A stretch of 44,707 bases of DNA, taken from the sequence record DRR723986_10634; one strand, written 5' to 3'. Position 1 is the stretch's first letter; the number at the start of each line of letters is the position of its first letter. A program made the position numbers and the translations under genes. Shown piece by piece: positions 16,574-25,477 of the stretch. Below the pieces are notes generated by a model that ran no database searches, was not told the origin of the DNA, and saw nothing but the letters and a program-made list of their open reading frames with translations.

Positions 16574-18667
16574 TTGTCCGGATTTTTTGACACCAAGATA
16601 GAATTTCTCAAAGGAGTTGGCCCGCAGCGTGCCGCTCTGATCAATAAGGAGTTGAATATTTTCACCTTCGGGGAATTGCTGCAGCATTATCCTTTTCGCT
16701 ACGAGGACAGGACGAAGTTTTTCAAGATTCGGGAGTTGCATTCTGAGATGGAATCTGTGCAGGTGATCGCCAAAATCCGAAACCTTGAGCTCGTAGGAAT
16801 GGGTAATAAAAAGCGACTTGTGGCGCATGTGGCGGATGAAACTGGGGAAATGGAAATGACCTGGTTCAAAGGGATTGCATGGGTTCAAAAGAATATTGTA
16901 CCAGGCGCAGCTTATGTTTTTTTGGGTAAACCGGCGCAGTTTGGAAGAAAGTGGAGTATAGCACATCCAGAGATGGAGCCACTTACCTCAGCTAACGAAA
17001 AAAGAAATAACTTCCAGCCTATTTACTCTACCACAGAAAAGCTAAGAGCCAGATTTTTGGATTCCAAAGGGATTTCCAAAATCATGGAGCAGTTGGTACA
17101 GGTTTGCCTTCCTCATATTCAGGAGACGATTTCAGGGGAGATTTTGCAACAATATCAACTTATTGGTAAAAAGGAGGCTATTCGGCAGATTCATTTTCCT
17201 ACTGAGCCAAACCTACTTCAGCGAGCTAGAAAGCGATTAAAATTCGAGGAGTTTTTCTATTTGCAACTTCGACTTTTAATGCTGAAGGTAGCCCGGACTG
17301 AGAAGTTTCGTGGACAGATACTGAACAACACAGAGTTGCTCACGGAGTTTTACACCAATCACATTCCTTTCGAGCTTACCAATGCGCAGAAACGGGTAAT
17401 TCGTGAGTCTTACGGCGACATGAAATCGGGCAAGCAGATGAATCGCCTTATTCAGGGAGACGTGGGAAGTGGTAAAACGATGGTAGCGTTTATTTGCGCA
17501 TTGATAGCGATCAGTTCTGGGGCTCAGGCTTGCTTGATGGCTCCCACGGAAATTTTGGCGACACAGCATTATGCCGGGTTGAAGGAATTCGCTGATATGA
17601 TGGGGCTAAAAATTGCTTTGCTCACAGGCTCGACCAAGAAATCTGCCCGAAAAATCATTCACGAAGAACTGCTTTCAGGAGAACTGAAAATCCTGATCGG
17701 TACACATGCACTTTTAGAAGATATCGTTCAATTCCAAAATCTGGCTTTGGCAATAGTCGACGAGCAGCATCGTTTTGGTGTAGCGCAACGGGCTAAGCTT
17801 TGGGCTAAGAATGAAGAATTCATTCCTCATGTATTAGTCATGACAGCGACGCCAATTCCACGGACGCTAGCGATGACGCTATATGGAGATCTGGATGTGT
17901 CCGTGATCGATGAGATGCCGGCGGGAAGAAAGCCGATTCAGACTGTGCATCGCTATGACAAGGATCGCTTGAAGGTTTTTGGTTTTATTAATGAAGAAAT
18001 CAAAAAAGGAAGGCAAGTTTATATTGTTTACCCGTTGATCGAAGAGTCCGAAAAGATGGATTTGAAAAATGTCATGGATGGCTTTGAAAGTATCTCCCGT
18101 GCATTTCCCAATTATCCAATTAGCATCGTGAATGGAAGTATGAAGGCTGATGCGAAGGAATACGAGATGCAGCGCTTCGTGAAAGGTGAAACCAAGATCA
18201 TGGTGGCGACTACGGTAATTGAGGTGGGAGTGAATGTGCCCAATGCTTCGGTGATGATCATTGAGAATGCGGAGCGTTTTGGACTATCTCAGTTGCATCA
18301 GTTGCGCGGAAGAGTGGGAAGAGGTGCTGAGCAGAGTTATTGCATCCTGATGAGCAAGTATGAGCTTTCTAAGGATTCCCGGGTGCGATTGGAAACAATG
18401 GTTCGTACCAATGATGGGTTTGAGATCGCTGATGTGGATTTGCGATTACGCGGACCGGGAGATCTGATGGGAACGCAGCAAAGTGGAATCACAGATTTGC
18501 TGATTGCTGATCTAAGTAAAGATGCTCCGATTTTGACTTTGGCGAGGGATGCGGCCCAGCAGCTATTAGTTAATGACCCAGAATTACTTCAGCCGGAAAA
18601 TGCTCCGATTCTCCGACAGATTAAGCAACAGAAGAAAACGGCTGTAAACTGGAGTAGGATTTCTTGA
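16574..18667 (+). CDS. recG: ATP-dependent DNA helicase RecG
   Basis: LKGVGP, QGDVGSGKT, MAPTEILA, DEQHRFG, MTATPIPR, QLRGRVGRG, DLRLRGPG; TTG start. Confidence 0.98.
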   Translation: MSGFFDTKIEFLKGVGPQRAALINKELNIFTFGELLQHYPFRYEDRTKFFKIRELHSEMESVQVIAKIRNLELVGMGNKKRLVAHVADETGEMEMTWFKGIAWVQKNIVPGAAYVFLGKPAQFGRKWSIAHPEMEPLTSANEKRNNFQPIYSTTEKLRARFLDSKGISKIMEQLVQVCLPHIQETISGEILQQYQLIGKKEAIRQIHFPTEPNLLQRARKRLKFEEFFYLQLRLLMLKVARTEKFRGQILNNTELLTEFYTNHIPFELTNAQKRVIRESYGDMKSGKQMNRLIQGDVGSGKTMVAFICALIAISSGAQACLMAPTEILATQHYAGLKEFADMMGLKIALLTGSTKKSARKIIHEELLSGELKILIGTHALLEDIVQFQNLALAIVDEQHRFGVAQRAKLWAKNEEFIPHVLVMTATPIPRTLAMTLYGDLDVSVIDEMPAGRKPIQTVHRYDKDRLKVFGFINEEIKKGRQVYIVYPLIEESEKMDLKNVMDGFESISRAFPNYPISIVNGSMKADAKEYEMQRFVKGETKIMVATTVIEVGVNVPNASVMIIENAERFGLSQLHQLRGRVGRGAEQSYCILMSKYELSKDSRVRLETMVRTNDGFEIADVDLRLRGPGDLMGTQQSGITDLLIADLSKDAPILTLARDAAQQLLVNDPELLQPENAPILRQIKQQKKTAVNWSRIS

Positions 18668-18770
18668 TTGAATTGAAATATTGTAAAATTTGATAATTGA
18701 AAAATTGGCTTATCGCCTTTAACAAACTATAAAAATCGCCCTCTGCGAAATTCTCCGTGAGTTATGCGGT
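18665..18770. repeat. Degenerate octamer array plus CTCTGCG-type short repeat remnant
   Basis: TTGAAATA TTGTAAAA TTTGATAA TTGAAAAA TTGGCTTA at 18673-18712; CTCTGCGaaattCTCCGTGagTTATGCGGT at 18741-18770. Confidence 0.45.
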
Positions 18771-18776
18771 AAAAAG

Positions 18777-19103
18777 TTATTTCCGCTTAGAAAACAATCC
18801 ACCTATTCTTCTAAAAATCTGCTTCTCTTTTTCCCAAAAGAATCTGAACTGGCCGAAAATAAATCCATAGATCAGTAGCAAGATTTGATAAAGGGGAAGA
18901 ACTAAAAGTAAATAAAGAAGCGTATTTACAAATCCTCCTTTTTCTACGCCAAAGAAGTCAAGAATTGGATTCTTGATAAAAAGTATGGTGAATCCGGTGC
19001 AGGCAAAAACAACCAAAACCAACACGACCTGAAGCAGGCTATCCAATTTCCATTTAGATTGAAGGCGCTGAAGAAAGCCTGGTTTATAGTTTTCCGCTGA
19101 CAT
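18777..19103 (-). CDS. Small membrane protein, DUF6787-like
   Basis: KW...LVVFACTG, PLYQILLLIYGFIFGQFRFFWEKEK pattern; two TM segments. Confidence 0.75.
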   Translation of the reverse strand: MSAENYKPGFLQRLQSKWKLDSLLQVVLVLVVFACTGFTILFIKNPILDFFGVEKGGFVNTLLYLLLVLPLYQILLLIYGFIFGQFRFFWEKEKQIFRRIGGLFSKRK

Positions 19104-19107
19104 TACC

Positions 19108-19115
19108 CAAAAGTA
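19108..19115 (-). promoter_or_regulatory. -7 promoter box directly upstream of DUF6787-like ATG
   Basis: Minus strand TACTTTTG, 4 nt before ATG 19103. Confidence 0.55.
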
Positions 19116-19129
19116 ATAAGAATCAGTCT

Positions 19130-19159
19130 AAATAAAATAGCCGGCGCTAGGCCGGCTAT
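19130..19159 (-). terminator. Intrinsic terminator after lysC
   Basis: ATAGCCGGC-5nt-GCCGGCTAT hairpin followed by TTTATTT on the minus strand. Confidence 0.8.
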
Positions 19160-19164
19160 CATTT

Positions 19165-20484
19165 TTACCAAGTAAATAAGTCTTGATTGAGACTTTGAAG
19201 TGCTTCTTTTTTGAATTTTGAGTCTACCAAAACTGAAACGTTATGGCGGCTACCACCAAAGGATACCATTCTAACAGGATATTCTATCAGCGAATCAATC
19301 ACGGATTGGATAGCGCCTTTGCTTTCCGAAACCATATTGCCCACGATACAGATGATAGTCTGGTCTCTATCAACCTCCACGCTACAGAATGTACCCAGTT
19401 CTTCTAAAATATGGTCCAAGTGACTTAAATCGTCAATAGTTACCGATACTGCCACTTCAGATGTAGTGATCATATCGATTGGAGTTTTATATTTTTCAAA
19501 AATCTCAAATACCTTTCTCAGGAAACCATAAGCCAAAAGCATTCGGCTGGATTTAATTTTGATAGCTGTGATACCGTCTTTGGCTGCGATAGCTTTTACA
19601 CCAACCGAATCCACTTCAGCTTTGATCAATGTTCCGTGAGCTTCCGGTTGCATAGTGTTGAGCAATTTCACCGGTACGTTAAATTGCTGCGCTGGCCAGA
19701 TAGATGCCGGATGAAGAATTTTGGCTCCAAAATAAGCAAGCTCGGCAGCTTCGTCGAAGGACATTTCAGCGATTGGGCGCGTTTTATCGACAATCCTAGG
19801 ATCGTTATTATGCATCCCGTCGATATCTGTCCAGATCTCGCAGGCTGTGGCTTGAATTGCGGCAGCTACCAAAGAAGCAGTGTAATCAGATCCGCCACGC
19901 TTCAGGTTATCCACTTCATTCAGGTGGTTTTTGCAGATAAAACCTTGGGTGATGAAGATCGTGTCGTCTGGATGCTGGGCAAGTATCACCTTCAATCGGT
20001 CTGAGATTTTTTGAAGTTCTGGCTCTGCATTTTCATCAATACTCATGAAGTCAAGTGCAGAAAGGAAAACAGCAGGAATTTCCAGTTCTTCCAAAAGCGT
20101 ATGAAATAGCTTCGTAGAAAGCAATTCGCCTTGTGCTAGAATGTCGCGATTGATAGCCTCATTAAAAGAGATTCTCAAAAGGATATTCAAAAACTCAAAA
20201 TGCTCCTTGATGATTTCCTGAGCCTTTTCTCTTGCAACTTCAGTCTTTACCAGTTTTGGATAAAAGTCATTGTAATGTGCATGAAGCTCATCGATCCTTG
20301 ATTTAGCCAGCACTTTATCAGCTGAAGCCAGAGCCTCTCCAATGCTAACCAACGAATTGGTTGTGCCGGAAAGAGCAGAAAGAACTACGATTTTTGATTC
20401 ATCACCACGGGTGATCAGGTCTTTTACCTGGTGCATGCGTTCTGGACGGCCCACAGAGGTGCCACCAAATTTCATGATTTTCAT
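19165..20484 (-). CDS. lysC: Monofunctional aspartate kinase
   Basis: MKFGGTSVG, VLSA, GELLST, RGGSDYTA, EAAELAYFGAKILHP; C-terminal ACT domains (ITTSEV). Confidence 0.95.
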   Translation of the reverse strand: MKIMKFGGTSVGRPERMHQVKDLITRGDESKIVVLSALSGTTNSLVSIGEALASADKVLAKSRIDELHAHYNDFYPKLVKTEVAREKAQEIIKEHFEFLNILLRISFNEAINRDILAQGELLSTKLFHTLLEELEIPAVFLSALDFMSIDENAEPELQKISDRLKVILAQHPDDTIFITQGFICKNHLNEVDNLKRGGSDYTASLVAAAIQATACEIWTDIDGMHNNDPRIVDKTRPIAEMSFDEAAELAYFGAKILHPASIWPAQQFNVPVKLLNTMQPEAHGTLIKAEVDSVGVKAIAAKDGITAIKIKSSRMLLAYGFLRKVFEIFEKYKTPIDMITTSEVAVSVTIDDLSHLDHILEELGTFCSVEVDRDQTIICIVGNMVSESKGAIQSVIDSLIEYPVRMVSFGGSRHNVSVLVDSKFKKEALQSLNQDLFTW

Positions 20485-20512
20485 ATGCTTAAAAGGTTAA
20501 TAGGTTTTTGTC

Positions 20513-20989
20513 TTAGAATCCAAGCATTTTAACAGCGGTGATAGCTGCTTCGTCGCCTTTGTTACCATGTTTTCCCCCGGCACGATCCATTGCTTGCTGC
20601 TGAGTATTAGGGGTCAATACTCCAAAAATCACTGGTTTATTATACTTCAAGGACACATTGGTAATACCATGTGCAACCGCGTCACAGATAAAATCAAAGT
20701 GCTTAGTCTCACCTTGGATTACGCATCCGAGACAGATTACTGCATCAATGCTTTCTTCCTGAGCTAGCCATTGAGCAGCAAGAGTAAGCTCAAATGAACC
20801 AGGTACATTCTTTCGAATGATATTTTCTTTCTTTGCTCCATTTTCAATAAGGGTCTGGTAAGCACCAGAATAGAGCGCTTCTGTCACGTCTTCATTCCAT
20901 TCGGATACGATGATTCCAAATGTTTTGTCGCTAATGTCCTGAACGTTTTTGGATGAATGCGCACTAAGGCTTTTAAGAGAAGTTGCCAT
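20513..20989 (-). CDS. ribH: 6,7-dimethyl-8-ribityllumazine synthase
   Basis: VSEWN, VPGSFEL, CLGCVIQGETKHFD, PVIFGVLT, GNKGDEAA. Confidence 0.97.
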   Translation of the reverse strand: MATSLKSLSAHSSKNVQDISDKTFGIIVSEWNEDVTEALYSGAYQTLIENGAKKENIIRKNVPGSFELTLAAQWLAQEESIDAVICLGCVIQGETKHFDFICDAVAHGITNVSLKYNKPVIFGVLTPNTQQQAMDRAGGKHGNKGDEAAITAVKMLGF

Positions 20990-21013
20990 ATGAGATTGCT
21001 TTTAAAGTTTTTT

Positions 21014-21119
21014 ATTAAAGTATCGAGAACTGAAAACCAAGAGCCAAGAATCAGGATTTTAATTATCAAGTATCAAGTATCAAGATTTGAGAACCAAGAG
21101 CCTAGATTTTAGAGCCTGA
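21014..21119. repeat. Degenerate heptamer tandem array (~15 units, consensus ~WAYCAAG)
   Basis: ATTAAAG TATCGAG AACTGAA AACCAAG AGCCAAG AATCAGG ATTTTAA t TATCAAG TATCAAG TATCAAG ATTTGAG AACCAAG AGCCTAG ATTTTAG AGCCTGA. Confidence 0.85.
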
Positions 21120-21165
21120 TGCATTCGATATTTTGGCAAATGGTAATTTTGAAATTGGTTTAAAC

Positions 21166-21198
21166 AAAAAAAGAGTAAGACCACAGGGCCTTACTCTT
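21166..21198 (-). terminator. Intrinsic terminator after TPR gene
   Basis: AAGAGTAAG/CTTACTCTT stem with a T-run on the minus strand. Confidence 0.75.
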
Positions 21199-21220
21199 CT
21201 AGTATGCTATAGGAAAAGCA

Positions 21221-21934
21221 TTACTTAGAGGCAAGACCTTCTAAGCGAGCTTTATGTTTTCGTGCAGCAGAAAATTCGAAAGATTCGAAATACTTTTCTT
21301 CGATCTCAGTATAGGCTGCAATTGCTTCAGATACATTACCTGCAGCTTCCTGTGCGATAGCAAGCTTGGTCAAATACTTAGGAGTGAAATACTTGTTTTC
21401 ATCATAGTCAGCCGCTTTTTTGTAATTAGAAATAGCCGCTTCTGTATTGCCAAGCTCCATATTTGCATCACCGATAAGTGAATAAGCTTTTGCTTGCACC
21501 AAGAAATCATCAGCGGAGAATTGCTCCAATTCATTGATTGCTTCTTCGTATTTTCTCTCAGAAAGATAGATGGACCCGATGTAGAAATGTGCAAGGTTTG
21601 CTGCATCTGTTCTTGGGTAATCCTCTACAATATCAAGTAGCCCAGCATTGATTCCGTCGCCTTCCAAGGCAAGTTGAACACTGTCTTGCTCGTAGAAATA
21701 CACAGCCTGGAACATTTCCTTCTGTGCTTCCTCATTTTGGTTCTGATTATTGATCTGGAAAAATAAAATCCCTCCGATCAAAACCACTGCTGCGATCAAT
21801 ACGCCAGCTAGTACCTTACTATTCTGCTTTAAAAAAGCCTCACCTCTGCCAAGTCTTGTTGCTATCTCGGAAGGATCTTCCAAAAGATCATTGTGATGTT
21901 CAGGGTGTACTCTTTTAGTTTGTTTCGTTGCCAT
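21221..21934 (-). CDS. Membrane-anchored tetratricopeptide repeat protein (YfgM-like)
   Basis: One N-terminal TM helix then TPR repeats (AANLAHFYIG, AYSLIGDA...AISNYKKA). ATG 21934 preferred over TTG 21943. Confidence 0.85.
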   Translation of the reverse strand: MATKQTKRVHPEHHNDLLEDPSEIATRLGRGEAFLKQNSKVLAGVLIAAVVLIGGILFFQINNQNQNEEAQKEMFQAVYFYEQDSVQLALEGDGINAGLLDIVEDYPRTDAANLAHFYIGSIYLSERKYEEAINELEQFSADDFLVQAKAYSLIGDANMELGNTEAAISNYKKAADYDENKYFTPKYLTKLAIAQEAAGNVSEAIAAYTEIEEKYFESFEFSAARKHKARLEGLASK

Positions 21935-21953
21935 GCTACTCAAATTTCAGCCG

Positions 21954-21961
21954 CAAATATA
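21954..21961 (-). promoter_or_regulatory. -7 promoter box for TPR gene
   Basis: Minus strand TATATTTG followed by CGGC. Confidence 0.65.
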
Positions 21962-21990
21962 CGGTTTTTATAATTTCTACAAAGCCCAAT

Positions 21991-22027
21991 AAAAAAGCCA
22001 TGAAAGCTTTCTGTCTTCATGGCTTTT
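21991..22027 (-). terminator. Intrinsic terminator after pdhA
   Basis: AAAAGCCATGAA/TTCATGGCTTTT stem with a T-run on the minus strand. Confidence 0.8.
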
Positions 22028-22049
22028 AAGTGGTTATGTAATTATTGAT

Positions 22050-23069
22050 TTATTCCATTACAAAAGGATAGTCTTCCTGGATGTAAACATCCTTGAAAGC
22101 ATCCTGTCCGTCAGGCCAAGGGGATTCTTCAGCAAATTTCACCGCGTCCGTTACCTTTTGTTTTACGCCTTTTACGATTTCCTCAAGCTCTTCCTCGCTA
22201 AGAATATTATTTTCTTTGATAGTAGAAAGTACCTGTTCTACTGGATCACGCTGCTTGTATTCTTCTACTTCCTCTTTGGTTCTGTATTTCTGAGGATCAG
22301 ACATCGAGTGTCCTTTGTATCTGTAAGTTCTCATTTCAAGCAAAGTTGGTCCATCGCCTCTTCTTGCTCTATCAGCAGCTTCAGCTACTGCTTCGTGAAC
22401 TGCTTCTACATTCATTCCATCCACTGCAAATGATGGCATGTCGTAAGATTCTCCCAAGGTAGAAAGATCCTCAACGTTGGATGATCTCTTTACAGCAGTG
22501 CCCATTGCATAGCCATTGTTTTCAATGACGAAAATCACAGGAGTCTTGTAAAGCATAGCCAAATTCAATGCTTCGTGAAAAGCACCTTGACGTACAGCAC
22601 CATCACCCATGTAGCAAATTGCTAGGTTTTTGGTGCCTTTATATTTTTCCGCGAAGCCCATTCCAAGCCCCATAGGAATTTGTGCTCCTACTATTCCGTG
22701 ACCTCCCATAAAGTTTTTCTCTTTATCGAAAATGTGCATGGAACCACCTTTTCCTTTGGTAGTACCCGTTGCTTTACCGAAAAGCTCAGCCATCACAGCA
22801 CCTGGATCAGTACCCAATCCAAGTGGGTGAGCGTGACAACGATAAGCTGTGATCCACTTGTCGTCTGGGGTCAAAGCCGAAATAGCTCCAGAAGCACATG
22901 CTTCCTGACCGATATATAAATGACAGAATCCTCTGATTTTTTGCTGACCGTAAAGTTGTCCAGCTTTCTCCTCGAACCTCCTCATTAAGAGCATGCTCTC
23001 GTACCAAAAGGTGTAAGTTTCTTTTGAATATTTTACTTTAGACTTAGTCGCTGCAGTTTTCTTTGCCAT
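22050..23069 (-). CDS. pdhA: Pyruvate dehydrogenase E1 alpha subunit
   Basis: IRGFCHLYIGQEA, GKGGSMH, TPP motif GDGA...ENN, TYRYKGHSMSDP. Confidence 0.97.
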   Translation of the reverse strand: MAKKTAATKSKVKYSKETYTFWYESMLLMRRFEEKAGQLYGQQKIRGFCHLYIGQEACASGAISALTPDDKWITAYRCHAHPLGLGTDPGAVMAELFGKATGTTKGKGGSMHIFDKEKNFMGGHGIVGAQIPMGLGMGFAEKYKGTKNLAICYMGDGAVRQGAFHEALNLAMLYKTPVIFVIENNGYAMGTAVKRSSNVEDLSTLGESYDMPSFAVDGMNVEAVHEAVAEAADRARRGDGPTLLEMRTYRYKGHSMSDPQKYRTKEEVEEYKQRDPVEQVLSTIKENNILSEEELEEIVKGVKQKVTDAVKFAEESPWPDGQDAFKDVYIQEDYPFVME

Positions 23070-23103
23070 ATCGTAATGATGAAAATATGCTAATTTTAGG
23101 ATC

Positions 23104-23111
23104 CAAATATA
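23104..23111 (-). promoter_or_regulatory. -7 promoter box for pdhA
   Basis: Minus strand TATATTTG, 34 nt upstream of the ATG. Confidence 0.6.
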
Positions 23112-23161
23112 ATCATCCCGCCCTAAATAACAGGCTCCCTTCGAAATAATTACCCAATCTC

Positions 23162-24271
23162 ATGCACCTGAAGTCTCTCGAACTCTTACAATTTAAAAAT
23201 CATGAGAAGACCCGACTCCAATTTTCCAACGAGATTAATTGCTTTGTAGGTTTAAATGGAAGTGGAAAAACCAATGTGCTGGATGGGATTCACTATCTGT
23301 CTTTGACTAAAAGCGCCGTGCAATCCAGTGACAGTCTGAATGTTCAGCATGAGAAGGATTTCTTTGCGATCAAGGGGCAATTTGAACTGGTAGGAGAAAA
23401 GCAACTGGAGGTGAGATGCACGGTAGAATTAGGTAAGAAGAAGCAGATTTATCAAAATGGAAAGGCACTTGCCAAAACTTCGGAGCATGTAGGCTTGATT
23501 CCTTTGGTCCTCATTGCGCCTGATGACACGGAGTTGATTAAAGGTGGAAGCGATGGAAGAAGAAAATTTTTTGATGGGTTGATTTCCCAGCTTGATCATG
23601 CGTACCTCGATCAATTGATTCGATACCATCATTTTTTAAAGCAGCGAAATGCCTTGCTGAAGAAGTTTGCCGAAACTGGAAGACGTGATTTGACACTTTT
23701 GGACAATTACGATTCTGAGTTAATTGAACTAAGTATTGTCCTTGCTGCTAGAAGAAATGAGCTTCTGACGGAAATGGCTCCCTTATTACAAAGTCATTAT
23801 TCCGAAATTTCCCAAGGACAGGAATTGGTTAGTGTGATTTATGAAACCGAAGCTTTGCGACCGGACTTCGAAGATTATTTCAAAAGCCTTAGGAAAAAAG
23901 ACCTGATCACCAAAAACAGTAATGCAGGAATTCATAAAGATGATTTTGGCTTTATGATAGGTGAGCATCCTATTCGGAAGATTGGAAGCCAAGGACAGCA
24001 GAAGTCTTACATCATTGCACTGAAGCTTGCTCAATTCCAGATTTTCGAAAAAGAGAAAGGAGAAAAGCCAATTTTATTACTGGACGATATCTTTGACAAA
24101 CTTGATGACCTGCGGATTGCTCAAATGATGCAGCTAATTTCTCAACATACTTTTGGACAGATATTTTTGACAGATGCGAGACCGGAGCGGTCTAAGAAGA
24201 TACTTTCAGAATTGGATTCTGAGGTTTCTTTCTTTTCTATTAAAGGTGGAGTGATTACCGCTGATTCATAA
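23162..24271 (+). CDS. recF: DNA replication/repair protein RecF
   Basis: FKNH, Walker A GLNGSGKTN, RRKFFD, LKQRNALLK, GSQGQQK, Walker B LLLDDIFDKLD. Confidence 0.96.
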   Translation: MHLKSLELLQFKNHEKTRLQFSNEINCFVGLNGSGKTNVLDGIHYLSLTKSAVQSSDSLNVQHEKDFFAIKGQFELVGEKQLEVRCTVELGKKKQIYQNGKALAKTSEHVGLIPLVLIAPDDTELIKGGSDGRRKFFDGLISQLDHAYLDQLIRYHHFLKQRNALLKKFAETGRRDLTLLDNYDSELIELSIVLAARRNELLTEMAPLLQSHYSEISQGQELVSVIYETEALRPDFEDYFKSLRKKDLITKNSNAGIHKDDFGFMIGEHPIRKIGSQGQQKSYIIALKLAQFQIFEKEKGEKPILLLDDIFDKLDDLRIAQMMQLISQHTFGQIFLTDARPERSKKILSELDSEVSFFSIKGGVITADS

Positions 24272-24292
24272 AAAAAGGAGCCGAAGCTCCTT
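24270..24292 (-). terminator. Intrinsic terminator between convergent recF and nucleotidyltransferase genes
   Basis: AAGGAGC-cgaa-GCTCCTT (UUCG loop on minus strand) with a T-run on the minus strand. Confidence 0.8.
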
Positions 24293-24295
24293 ATC

Positions 24296-25201
24296 TTATT
24301 TCCATAAATCTGCTGGATAATCTCCAGCGTCGTGTAGTTTTTTCAGAGAGTCTATTACCACAGGTTTATCCTCTGTGTAGGTGACACCAAACCAGGTTTT
24401 CCCACCTTCCAAGATGTCAAAGGCAGCTTCATCTGCTTGAATGAGATTATTAGCTACCGTAGGAATGTAGAATTCAGATTTCATGTTTTCGAGATTTGCA
24501 GGAAGAAACTCATTCCACATCTTCTCGATGTCAGCAAAAACATCTTGATGGAAGCCCCAGAAGTTCATACTTACTGGAGTTCCTTCAGCGATTTCCAAAA
24601 CATCGTCTTCTCCTTTACTTAGGATTTTTCCGTTTTCGCGAGCAATAGAAGTTCTTTCTACCATTCCAATTAGATGACCTTTTTCATTGGTTTCGCAGAC
24701 ACCTCGACTTACAGTGCCGTTTTCAGAAAGTACATTTTGAACAGCATACCCAACCATTGCATGAAGGTCGGACTTGACTTCAGTTGTGAGAAATTTACCG
24801 ATCGCTTCAAAAGCTTCTTTTCCATAAAAATCATCTGCGTTGATCACCGCAAAAGGCTCTTTGATTACATCTTTAGCACAGAGCATAGCATGTGCTGTTC
24901 CGAATGGCTTTTTACGATCCGCTTGCTTCAATTCTGCAGGCACAAAGCTGTCAAGTGACTGAATCACAAAGTCGACTTCAATTTTGCCTTCAAGCTTTGG
25001 AAGAAATTTCTCTTTCGCCACTTCTAGAATTTCTTCCCGCACAATAAAGACAACCTTACCGAAACCAGCTCTGATAGCATCAAAAATGGAATATTCAAGA
25101 ATAGTTTCTCCGTTAGGGCCAAATCCATCGATTTGCTTATTTCCGCCATATCGGCTTCCAATTCCTGCTGCAAGTAATAAGAGTGTTGGTTTCTGGTTCA
25201 T
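24296..25201 (-). CDS. Sugar-phosphate nucleotidyltransferase family protein
   Basis: LAAGIGSRYGGNKQ, YSIFDAIRAGF, KPFGTAHA, INADDFYG, SMNFWGF, WFGVTY. Confidence 0.9.
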   Translation of the reverse strand: MNQKPTLLLLAAGIGSRYGGNKQIDGFGPNGETILEYSIFDAIRAGFGKVVFIVREEILEVAKEKFLPKLEGKIEVDFVIQSLDSFVPAELKQADRKKPFGTAHAMLCAKDVIKEPFAVINADDFYGKEAFEAIGKFLTTEVKSDLHAMVGYAVQNVLSENGTVSRGVCETNEKGHLIGMVERTSIARENGKILSKGEDDVLEIAEGTPVSMNFWGFHQDVFADIEKMWNEFLPANLENMKSEFYIPTVANNLIQADEAAFDILEGGKTWFGVTYTEDKPVVIDSLKKLHDAGDYPADLWK

Positions 25202-25223
25202 AGTAGGTTTAATAAATCGATGG

Positions 25224-25231
25224 CAAAAATA
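25224..25231 (-). promoter_or_regulatory. -7 promoter box for nucleotidyltransferase gene
   Basis: Minus strand TATTTTTG followed by CC. Confidence 0.6.
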
Positions 25232-25477
25232 AGTTTTTATGTCAGGACGACAAGAGAACTAATGAATTTTGAAAATAGACGGAGGTTTACAAATTACCCT
25301 AAGTGTACTAAATAGTGGCCTGTATTTCTATAATAGGTATAAAAAATACTGTTGCAGCAAATAAATAATGTGATAAATATAAACTATGGCTAAAAATTTA
25401 CCCTTTGTATCAATTATTTTAATTTTCTGTTTAGTTTTATGCCATAATCTCAAAAAACCATTAGACCCATTGAAAAA

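Noticed and set aside
20485..20512. Lysine riboswitch upstream of lysC
   Set aside because: The spacer is only 28 nt, far too short.
21014..21119. Possible CRISPR array or FMN riboswitch upstream of ribH
   Set aside because: The unit is 7 bp with no unique spacers and no cas genes are present; none of the conserved FMN aptamer motifs is visible.
25386..25400. Sigma-54 promoter for the P-II/amt operon (TGGCTAAAAATTTAC)
   Set aside because: The -12 element reads TTAC and the -24 lacks the usual following A; too weak to call.
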